Below are positions 8,999 through 16,367 of a stretch of 64,000 bases of DNA, in pieces. The translations under genes were made by a program, and so were the position numbers. Each line of letters starts with the position of its first letter. Position 1 is the first letter of the stretch. The stretch lies in the NCBI RefSeq assembly GCF_054482525.1, contig NZ_CM137006.1; one strand, 5' to 3'. The notes under the pieces are model-generated. The model did no database searches, was not told where the DNA came from, and worked only from the letters and a program-made list of their open reading frames with translations.

Positions 8999-10797
8999 GT
9001 TACTTTGGCCTTAATCCAGTAAACCAGAATCAGCAGCTTGACGAAGCAGCATCAAATCCAGCTGGCTTTAACAGCGATGTTGGTTTTTTCGACAATGCTG
9101 TAGGAGCGGCATTGTCTGGTTTGTACTCCGGGCTGGTGGCAAAGCCAGATCAGTTGCTATGGGCAGGGATGGATAAAATCGTATCCCCGATTGCTCAGTT
9201 TGTTAACGAAAACACCTCGCTCAATGATACTTCAGTTTCATACATTGCCGAGCAGAGAAAACTAGCAGAGCAGCAGGTTAAGCGGCTGACGCCTGATGCC
9301 GCGACAACCGGAACCGCTGGGCAGGTTCTTTATGGGTTGTTCGATATGGGCGGGCAGGCTGTTGTCGGTACAACGCTCGGTGGTCCTGTCGGAGGTGCAG
9401 CGGCGGTAACTTCGCTACAGGGTTTTTCTGAGTTTGAACGGCTGACAGCACAGGGTGTTGATTTCAGGACGGCGCAGGAAGCGGGATTAGTGCAGGGCAT
9501 TACTGCTGGTGCCGGAACGCTGATCCCTATGAGCCTCGGGTTACGTGCTGGTGGTGCGCTGGCGGAAGGTGTGGCGGCTCAGCTTGCGCGGACGGGTGAG
9601 AGTTCAGTGCGACGCGCCGCAGCAACAGCAGTACGTGCAACGCCAGATATTGCCTATGCCGCAGGTACAAATATTGCGTTCGGTATGGCACAGCGTGGGC
9701 TTACTGCAAAAACACTTCGTGATGGTGGCTATAGCGAAATGGCTAACCAGTATGATGTGTTGGATCGACAGGCAATTGCTATTGATGCTGTTCTTGGGGT
9801 GGCGTTTGGTGGTGTCGGCAGATTTATTAACTCTCGCGGCGAGTCTACAAACGCACCAAATTTTTCACCAGTTGATATCGATGCTGCACTGGCGGCGAAT
9901 GCCGCTCATCATGCTGAAATTGATATTGCGCCCGGCGTGCCGATCAACGTGCTTTCGCGCAATTCTCACATTCAGGCTCTGCGAAAAGCTATGTCTGATG
10001 TTAGCCAGGGGAGACCTGTAGACGTTGCCAGCATTGTTGAGTCTGCATCTTTCAGTGAAATTCCTGGGCGCAAGAGTCTGCTGTCTCAGGCAGTTAATGA
10101 GGCTCTGTCATCTGTAGATGATGGAGTAACGGCGCGCGCTATAGAAAATCGGTTGCTTGAAGAACAGGCCGCGCAGCTTTTGCCGCGTGGAGATAGACAG
10201 GTTTACCAGTCTGAAATCGCTAATAGCCAACGAATTATTGAAAATCTCACTGAACAGCGTGCACAAATTCTTGCAGAAGAGCCAACCGGTAGCGGTAAAG
10301 CTTTGTCTCGTGCTCGATCAGATAAACAGGCCAGACTTCGCGATATTGATCAACGAATCCGGCAGGCACAAGAACGCCTGGAATTTTCCCGTAACGCGTT
10401 GGCACCGCACGAGCCTGGCGGTCAGTTTTTTGAAGCTCGAGCAGAACTGGCTCGGAGACAGCAGGCAGAAAGTGAACTTAATGCTCAGGCTGTTTCATTC
10501 TATAAAACAGCAGAGGTCAGGACGCCAGACGAAGTAGCTCCTTTTGAGCCTGATAAAATATTGCAACAGGCAGAACAAAAAATGATGTCAGATCAGGCAG
10601 GAGATATTGATCTGCGCATAGCTGAAGACTCGCTGCTTGAATCACCTGACATGATAATCACCGTGCTGGATGATGATGGTAATCCACAATCGCGCAGTGC
10701 GCGTGAAGTACTGGATGAAGCGAACAGGGAAAGTGAGCAGGCAATACAGGATTCCAGCCTGTTTGATGTTGCTGTGGCGTGTTTCTTGAGAGGTTAA
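8995..10797 (+). CDS. Putative internal virion/ejection protein, 600 aa
   Basis: ATGA overlap with upstream gene; Gly/Ala-rich N-terminal half and charged helical C-terminal half. Confidence 0.4.
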   Translation: MSYFGLNPVNQNQQLDEAASNPAGFNSDVGFFDNAVGAALSGLYSGLVAKPDQLLWAGMDKIVSPIAQFVNENTSLNDTSVSYIAEQRKLAEQQVKRLTPDAATTGTAGQVLYGLFDMGGQAVVGTTLGGPVGGAAAVTSLQGFSEFERLTAQGVDFRTAQEAGLVQGITAGAGTLIPMSLGLRAGGALAEGVAAQLARTGESSVRRAAATAVRATPDIAYAAGTNIAFGMAQRGLTAKTLRDGGYSEMANQYDVLDRQAIAIDAVLGVAFGGVGRFINSRGESTNAPNFSPVDIDAALAANAAHHAEIDIAPGVPINVLSRNSHIQALRKAMSDVSQGRPVDVASIVESASFSEIPGRKSLLSQAVNEALSSVDDGVTARAIENRLLEEQAAQLLPRGDRQVYQSEIANSQRIIENLTEQRAQILAEEPTGSGKALSRARSDKQARLRDIDQRIRQAQERLEFSRNALAPHEPGGQFFEARAELARRQQAESELNAQAVSFYKTAEVRTPDEVAPFEPDKILQQAEQKMMSDQAGDIDLRIAEDSLLESPDMIITVLDDDGNPQSRSAREVLDEANRESEQAIQDSSLFDVAVACFLRG

Positions 10798-10802
10798 ATT
10801 AA

Positions 10803-13277
10803 ATGAGACAGGAATGTATACAAGCGGTCCAGCAGGCGGCGCAGCGCACGTTAACGGCGCGAGAAATACAGAACATTGAAGACCGCATTTATCGAAATAT
10901 GCGCTCCATTGCTCGTGATGACCCGATGTCGTGGCGACAACTTTCCGAATCAGAACGGTTGTATCGTGCAGCACAATTGGCATCTGAAGAATTACAGCGA
11001 GAAGCGGCATTAAAGAAACGTCGTGTGGCCCTCACTATAGCCGCACGTCAGAGATTGGATAAATTTATCAATAGCTATCAAGGGGCTGATGGGAAACTTG
11101 GCGCTCTTAACCGTACTATTGCTTTTAATGCAGACGGTAAATCGAATTTCCTCTCTGTTGAATCCAGAACAAAAGCCACCCGTGATTATGCATTGAGTCA
11201 ATTGCAGGAGGCATTCGAAGCAGTTGATCCTCGCTTTTTTGGTCTGTTTGAAGATGAAGCGGGCGTACGTGACCTGATATATGAAATGCGGGGGCAAAAT
11301 ACTGGCAATGCTAAAGCAAGAAAAGGTGCTAAGGCGTGGAGAGAAGTTACAGAGCTGCTGCGCCGCCGGTTTAATGATGCTGGTGGGGACATTGGCTATC
11401 TCGAAAACTGGGGGATCCCTCAACATCATTCTATGGAAAAGGTTGGGGCGGTATCAAAAGATAAATGGGTTAGCGATGTTATAGGTAAGCTGGATCGCAA
11501 ATATTATACCCGAGCCGATGGACAACTGATGAACGATGCCGAGTTGTCTGCATTTCTTGGAGAGGCTTATAACACGATCGCTACTGGTGGGCTGAATAAG
11601 CTTACTGATACCGGAATGCGAATTTCCGGCGCACGTGCTAACCGTGGTAATGCATCACGACAGATACATTTCAAAGATGCAGATTCCTATCTGCAATATC
11701 AGCAACTTTATGGCGATCGCTCTCTATGGGAAATCATGGTCGGTCACCTGGAAGGTATCAGTAAAGATATTGCACTGGTGGAAACATATGGTCCAAACCC
11801 CGATCATGTTTTCCGCTCTCTTCTTGATCAGGTGAAGGCAGAAACGGCAACAGCTAACCCGAGTAAAACCGGTAAAGTCGAGCGGCTGGCGAACAACACA
11901 GAGAATCTGTACAACTTTATTTCCGGAAAGACACAGCCTGTAGCGAATCCGCACATCGCGCGATGGTCTGACAATATCCGCAACTGGCTGGTTGCCAGCA
12001 GACTCGGATCCGCGTTGCTGTCATCGTTCTCTGATCTTGGAACCATGTATCTGTCTGCGAAGGTTACCAACCTTCCAATGAACCAGTTATTCCGCAACCA
12101 GCTTGAAGCTATGGACCCAACGAACCGTACAGAACTTGCGCGGGCGCGCCGCGCTGGTCTGGCGATGGAATCTCTACTTGGCAGCGTTAACCGCTGGGCG
12201 ATGGATAATATGGGGCCGTCTGTGTCTCGTTGGGCTGCAACGGCGGTAATGCGTGCCAGTGGGCTTACAGCATGGTCAGATGCGCACAAGCGCGCCTATG
12301 GCGTAACCATGATGGGAAGCCTGGGAGAAGTAGTGTCACGGACACCAGACCTTCGTCGCCTCGATGACTCTGATTTTCGTATCCTGAAAAGCAAAGGGAT
12401 TACTGACACAGACTGGAGCGTATGGAAGTTGGCGCAACAGGAGGACTGGGGGAACGGTAATAATACGATGCTGACACCGGAAAGCATTATGCGTATCCCT
12501 GATTCAGCAGTTAAACATCTTGGTGAGCCTGAACGCGTGAAATTTGAGGCAATGCGTAAACTGCTCGGTGCCGTAACTGAAGAAGTTGATATGGCTGTTA
12601 TTACACCGGGAGCACGTGAGCAACTGATAACCGGTTCTGGTATTCAGCGTGGAACATGGAAAGGTGAATTAACGAGAAGTGTTTTCCTGTTTAAATCGTT
12701 CCCTATCTCGGTTGTTATGCGTCACTGGTCACGCGCTATGGGTATGCCGTCTGCTGGTGGGCGTGCGGCATATATTGCGACGTTTATTGCCAGTACGACC
12801 ATTCTTGGCGCTTTGTCGCAACAACTTAACGACCTTGCGTCTGGTCGTAATCCTCGAGAGATGACAGGAGAAGATGCTGCTAAATTTTGGCTTGGTGCTC
12901 TACTGAAAGGTGGTGGTCTTGGCCTTTACGGTGACTTTTTATTGTCAGATCACACTAGGTACGGGAGCGGCGCGCTGGCGTCGATGCTTGGCCCGGTAGC
13001 TGGTCTGGTTGATGACGTAGTGAAGATAGCTCAGGGCATACCGCTAAATGCTGTGGAAGGGAAGAGTGAGCAGACTGGTGGTGATCTGGTGAAGCTGGGG
13101 AAAGGTTTGATGCCAGGTGCGAATCTCTGGTACTTGAAGGCGGCTCTCGATCACATGATCTTTAATCAGATGCAGGAGTATTTTTCACCAGGCTATTTGC
13201 GTAAAATGGAGCAACGTTCGAAGAAAGAGTTTAACCAGACATACTGGTGGCGACCTCAGGATGTCACTCCGCAATAA
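10803..13277 (+). CDS. Putative internal virion/ejection protein, 824 aa
   Basis: GAGAGG Shine-Dalgarno; last large gene of the co-oriented structural block. Confidence 0.4.
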   Translation: MRQECIQAVQQAAQRTLTAREIQNIEDRIYRNMRSIARDDPMSWRQLSESERLYRAAQLASEELQREAALKKRRVALTIAARQRLDKFINSYQGADGKLGALNRTIAFNADGKSNFLSVESRTKATRDYALSQLQEAFEAVDPRFFGLFEDEAGVRDLIYEMRGQNTGNAKARKGAKAWREVTELLRRRFNDAGGDIGYLENWGIPQHHSMEKVGAVSKDKWVSDVIGKLDRKYYTRADGQLMNDAELSAFLGEAYNTIATGGLNKLTDTGMRISGARANRGNASRQIHFKDADSYLQYQQLYGDRSLWEIMVGHLEGISKDIALVETYGPNPDHVFRSLLDQVKAETATANPSKTGKVERLANNTENLYNFISGKTQPVANPHIARWSDNIRNWLVASRLGSALLSSFSDLGTMYLSAKVTNLPMNQLFRNQLEAMDPTNRTELARARRAGLAMESLLGSVNRWAMDNMGPSVSRWAATAVMRASGLTAWSDAHKRAYGVTMMGSLGEVVSRTPDLRRLDDSDFRILKSKGITDTDWSVWKLAQQEDWGNGNNTMLTPESIMRIPDSAVKHLGEPERVKFEAMRKLLGAVTEEVDMAVITPGAREQLITGSGIQRGTWKGELTRSVFLFKSFPISVVMRHWSRAMGMPSAGGRAAYIATFIASTTILGALSQQLNDLASGRNPREMTGEDAAKFWLGALLKGGGLGLYGDFLLSDHTRYGSGALASMLGPVAGLVDDVVKIAQGIPLNAVEGKSEQTGGDLVKLGKGLMPGANLWYLKAALDHMIFNQMQEYFSPGYLRKMEQRSKKEFNQTYWWRPQDVTPQ

Positions 13278-13286
13278 GGAAGTGTT

Positions 13287-13460
13287 GTGTTTTTAATTAT
13301 TTTGAGTGTGATAATTTCTGGTGGATTGTTATTTATTGACCGCTACAAATATTTTCTTAACCCTCAGACTCAAGCTATTTGCTGGTTCATCTTTGTTGTG
13401 CAGGGAGTAGTTCTTGTTGCAAGCCTTATTGAGGGGAGGCCTCTTATTTTTACTGGGTAA
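13287..13460 (+). CDS. Small hydrophobic protein, 57 aa, GTG start (below the ORF-track length cutoff)
   Basis: Hand translation: VFLIILSVIISGGLLFIDRYKYFLNPQTQAICWFIFVVQGVVLVASLIEGRPLIFTG. AAGGAAG Shine-Dalgarno 4 nt upstream; two predicted membrane helices; AT-rich. Confidence 0.3.
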   Translation: MFLIILSVIISGGLLFIDRYKYFLNPQTQAICWFIFVVQGVVLVASLIEGRPLIFTG

Positions 13461-13472
13461 ATAGGTGACTAC

Positions 13473-13769
13473 ATGCAAGCTATAGGATTCATTGTTTATA
13501 TCGTCGTTGGTCTTTTTCAGTTGGCAGCAATTATGGCTGGGCTTGAATCATGGTGGGGATTGCACTGGATAATTGCAGCCCCCATTGCTTTCATCGTGAG
13601 CTATATTCCATTTGTTGGAGCGATTGTTGGTATGGTTGGCGCTGTGGATGTATGGCGGTGGGAGTGGTGGCAGGCTGGCCTTCTCTTCTTTGGTGGGATC
13701 ATCTTTGCTATTGTCTGCGGTGGAATGTCATCATTTTTCGAATGGCTATCATTCAGAAAAGGGACGTGA
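13473..13769 (+). CDS. Small integral membrane protein, 98 aa (three predicted helices, Trp-rich loops)
   Basis: ORF with AGGTGA Shine-Dalgarno 6 nt upstream; strongly hydrophobic segments. Confidence 0.5.
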   Translation: MQAIGFIVYIVVGLFQLAAIMAGLESWWGLHWIIAAPIAFIVSYIPFVGAIVGMVGAVDVWRWEWWQAGLLFFGGIIFAIVCGGMSSFFEWLSFRKGT

Positions 13770-13800
13770 CATGTCACAGGCCGCTTTCGCGGCCTTGTTT

Positions 13801-13962
13801 TTAACGAATGCCACCGCCGCCCGGACGGGAATCCGCAGAACGCCCACCGCAGCGGGAGCCGTCAGCGGCAGTATCGCTGTCGTGCTGACAACGACCGGCA
13901 AAGGCCTGAGTTGAAGCTACCAGAGACAACAAAACGAACAGTGCAGCAAATGCTTTTTTCAT
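13801..13962 (-). CDS. Small protein with canonical Sec signal peptide, 53 aa; antisense-overlaps an alternative + strand 47-aa ORF (13771..13914)
   Basis: MKKAFAALFVLLSLVASTQAFA then a Gly/Arg/Asp-rich 31-residue tail with two Cys. Upstream TTGACG-16nt-TATAGA promoter-like element. Only one of the two overlapping ORFs is likely real. Confidence 0.3.
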   Translation of the reverse strand: MKKAFAALFVLLSLVASTQAFAGRCQHDSDTAADGSRCGGRSADSRPGGGGIR

Positions 13963-14035
13963 TGTGAAATTTCCATCTATAAGCCACCTCAATGTGGCGT
14001 CAATGAGTGTAGCACTGACTTTTGTTTCGTCCACA

Positions 14036-14058
14036 AAAAATCCCGCAGCGCGGGCTTA
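14036..14058 (-). terminator. Intrinsic terminator downstream of the toxin-like gene
   Basis: Minus strand reads aagCCCGCgctGCGGGattttttg. Confidence 0.5.
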
Positions 14059-14601
14059 TTCCTTCCATTTATCAGAAAAAAGATCTTCTTCTAAAGGCAT
14101 TGGTTCTGTTTTTGTTTTCTCAAAGAATTGATAACTGATAGTGATTGCTGCCTCTTTAAACTCTTCTTGCTCAGTTATGTTGTGGGCATCTGCGTCAACA
14201 AAAAACATAACCAGCGCATCACGATTGTGATTTACCGAATAAACTAAAAAGCAATTACTTGTTGGTATGCATTTTACTTGCACAGACGCTATTTTTTTCC
14301 ATGCATCCCAAGATGATTTTTTACCAGTGTGTTTTTTATCACTATCTTCTGGAATATAGTCTTGGTTATCGACATGAGTATGCCTGACATTTAGTTTAAG
14401 CATTTCTGTCGGACGAGCAAATGCAGCATCTTTACCAAGAGATGGATGGTATCCCGTTTTCCAATACTGGGTAAAGGCATCAGATACTTTCTTCAGCTCA
14501 AGATCAGATGCACAAAGGGCCGAGAAATTTTGCGTATGCAATACTCGACCCTTATATCTGACAATTTGATTTTTATCATTCTGCGACGCAGACGAACTCA
14601 T
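14056..14601 (-). CDS. Hypothetical toxin-like accessory protein, 181 aa (tentative resemblance to YafO-family toxins; unverified)
   Basis: Track ORF 14056..14628; ATG at 14601 with AAGGAA Shine-Dalgarno. AT-rich, opposite strand to virion genes. Motifs YHPSLGKDAAFARP and VRHTHV recalled as YafO-like, from memory only. Confidence 0.5.
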   Translation of the reverse strand: MSSSASQNDKNQIVRYKGRVLHTQNFSALCASDLELKKVSDAFTQYWKTGYHPSLGKDAAFARPTEMLKLNVRHTHVDNQDYIPEDSDKKHTGKKSSWDAWKKIASVQVKCIPTSNCFLVYSVNHNRDALVMFFVDADAHNITEQEEFKEAAITISYQFFEKTKTEPMPLEEDLFSDKWKE

Positions 14602-14755
14602 AATTTTCCTTATTGTTACGAGAATCAAAGAAAGCGCGGGATACGCGACTTGCGTGATCTTTTGTCATAGTAACTTTTACGCACTCTACGCTTCCATTGA
14701 AAGAACGTCTTGCGGCAGCTTGCGCTCTACGCATCTGCAATTTTTCGTTTCGCAT
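14576..14755 (-). CDS. Small basic ORF, 59 aa, overlapping the start of the toxin-like gene (candidate antitoxin/regulator)
   Basis: Hand translation: MRNEKLQMRRAQAAARRSFNGSVECVKVTMTKDHASRVSRAFFDSRNNKENYEFVCVAE. GAGGT Shine-Dalgarno 6 nt upstream; 26-nt overlap with the downstream gene. Not in ORF track (<60 aa). Confidence 0.25.
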   Translation of the reverse strand: MRNEKLQMRRAQAAARRSFNGSVECVKVTMTKDHASRVSRAFFDSRNNKENYEFVCVAE

Positions 14756-14902
14756 GACATTACCTCATATCTCATAAGTTCATTACACGGATTAATAAAA
14801 ATGAAACCAATCCGTTTACCCTTGAGGTAATAGTACGCTATTCACCCACAGTCTGCAATCTGTACAGAATTATTTAAAGGCACATCCCTGTGCCGCCGCC
14901 CG

Positions 14903-15598
14903 TCAGAAGAACCCTGCCTTGTCGTTGATGTACTCCGCGTGCGTCTGGATATCACGCAGGCATTTGCTCACACCGACGATGTAGCAGAACATGGTGGTCA
15001 GCTCCGCCGCCGCGCCCGATACGTCGTGCCCGTCGTCCTGTAACTGGTTCAGCAGATTCATCAGCAGTGAGTTCTCCGTCAGGCCGAGAACACCAGACGG
15101 CGAATGAATCAGGCTGCGGTAGCCGGGCTTCAGTGGGGCACTGTAGGTTTTGTTCTCTATCTTCATCGCCTGCATCACTGCTGATGCTGTGGCGTTGGCT
15201 ACCTGGTCGGCAACCATCTTTATGCGCTCTTCCTGCGGGAGCGAGTTTTTAATGTAACTTCCGGTGCGGCGGATCTGAGGAAGAACCTCACCTGTAACCC
15301 ATTTACGAAAGCGGTATGGGATAGTGCCTGGTGTCACTGCGTCGCGGCAGCGGAGGATCAGTGTGTAGAGGCCTGACTCGGAGATGATGATCGATTCTTG
15401 CTCACCGCCAGGGGTGTCGGTTGAAGCGACGCCCTTCTCATCATCATCAAGTTTTCGAACAGCATCTCGATGGTTTGCTATGCCTATAGCCCGACAAACA
15501 TCTGAAGCGATAAACCATGGCTCACCATTAATGACGATTACTCGTATATCGGCTTGGGATTCGAAAGAAAAAATGGACGTGCTTTTTGTAGCTGTCAT
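14903..15598 (-). CDS. Bro-N (KilA-N-like) domain protein, antirepressor-like, 231 aa
   Basis: N-terminal pattern F.F...IRV....GEPWF.A.DVC...G......A...LDDDEK...T.GG.Q...ISESGLY.LI.R......FR.WVT.EVLP.IRRTG matches Bro-N; AAAAGG Shine-Dalgarno. Confidence 0.7.
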   Translation of the reverse strand: MTATKSTSIFSFESQADIRVIVINGEPWFIASDVCRAIGIANHRDAVRKLDDDEKGVASTDTPGGEQESIIISESGLYTLILRCRDAVTPGTIPYRFRKWVTGEVLPQIRRTGSYIKNSLPQEERIKMVADQVANATASAVMQAMKIENKTYSAPLKPGYRSLIHSPSGVLGLTENSLLMNLLNQLQDDGHDVSGAAAELTTMFCYIVGVSKCLRDIQTHAEYINDKAGFF

Positions 15599-15913
15599 AG
15601 TGGTTACCTTTTAGTCTGGTTAATCACCACTACCGACGCCAATCGGTTGGTGGTGAGCTGTGCAGGGTTGGCGTAACCGGCTAAAAGGACCCGGCGCACC
15701 TTTCGGTGCCCCCACACAGCCCACCATAATACGAATGTGGCCGTGCTATACGCATAAAAAAACCGCTTGCGCGGTGAATGCGCCTTTTAGTAATCCGGGA
15801 CGCCAATCCCGGCACTGGATTTTGCCAGTGCCCGATTACTATGGCACAAGAGGAGTGCGATGTAAATTTACCGCAAAGGTAAATATAAGCACTTCATTTG
15901 GTAATTGCAAACC

Positions 15914-16171
15914 TTATCTGGTTTGTTTTCGTAATTGTTCGGCACAATAGTCGAGATGTGTTTGCAGATCCTGCATAGACATCTGTGAGCTGGTGACGTA
16001 GTTAATCAGTGCAGTCAGTTCGGCAAGTGGGCCATCGACATTAAATCCATCCTTATCTAGATCCCGGAGTAATTTCATCAAGTGCGATCCCTCCACCAGT
16101 GACTTGACGCCTCCCGGCGTGTGAATCCTTTCGGTAAATCCGTCTTCCAGTGGATAGTGATACTGCTGCAT
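15914..16171 (-). CDS. Small protein, 85 aa, paralog of the C-terminal domain of the adjacent Bro-N protein
   Basis: HTPGGVKSLVEGSHLMKLLRDLDKDGFNVDGPLAELTAL...LQTHLDY aligns with HSPSGVLGLTENSLLMNLLNQLQDDGHDVSGAAAELTTM...IQTHAEY of the 231-aa protein. Second ATG (16171) has a GGAG Shine-Dalgarno; track start is 16186. Confidence 0.55.
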   Translation of the reverse strand: MQQYHYPLEDGFTERIHTPGGVKSLVEGSHLMKLLRDLDKDGFNVDGPLAELTALINYVTSSQMSMQDLQTHLDYCAEQLRKQTR

Positions 16172-16193
16172 CTTAATCTTCTCCATGCAATAA

Positions 16194-16209
16194 CTGTATA
16201 TTTATACAG
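16194..16209 (-). promoter_or_regulatory. LexA (SOS) box upstream of the 85-90 aa gene / Bro-N gene pair
   Basis: CTGTATATTTATACAG fits CTGT-N8-ACAG with an AT-rich centre; TTGATA -35-like hexamer abuts it on the coding strand. Confidence 0.65.
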
Positions 16210-16367
16210 TATCAAATAATTTGTTTGCTATCCAGCACGTTTTGCAAATTACCTAAAAGGTAATATCTATTTATATTCACAGTATTTCTATCCATATGTG
16301 GTTTTTCAGGTAATAGAATAACCAGATATGCGGCGCAACGGGTGCTGCGACTATCTGGAGATTTAAC

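Noticed and set aside
9545-10021. 158-aa ORF nested in another frame inside the 600-aa internal virion gene
   Set aside because: Entirely inside a well-supported gene, no ribosome-binding site, Arg/Leu-rich composition typical of alternate-frame artefacts.
14849-14870. Possible second LexA box (ctgtacagattgcag)
   Set aside because: Does not fit CTGT-N8-ACAG spacing; reported only as an unassigned palindrome.
15600-15740. Possible tRNA or tRNA-like gene (sequence ends in cccacca, several hairpins)
   Set aside because: No T-loop GTTCGAATC-type motif, no D-arm consensus and no cloverleaf of correct arm lengths could be drawn; kept only as a generic structured-RNA candidate.
15660-15950. 96-aa + strand ORF across the gap between the two antirepressor-module genes
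   Set aside because: No ribosome-binding site, Pro/Arg/Gly/Cys-rich low-complexity translation typical of an out-of-frame read of GC-rich DNA; overlaps the hairpin region.
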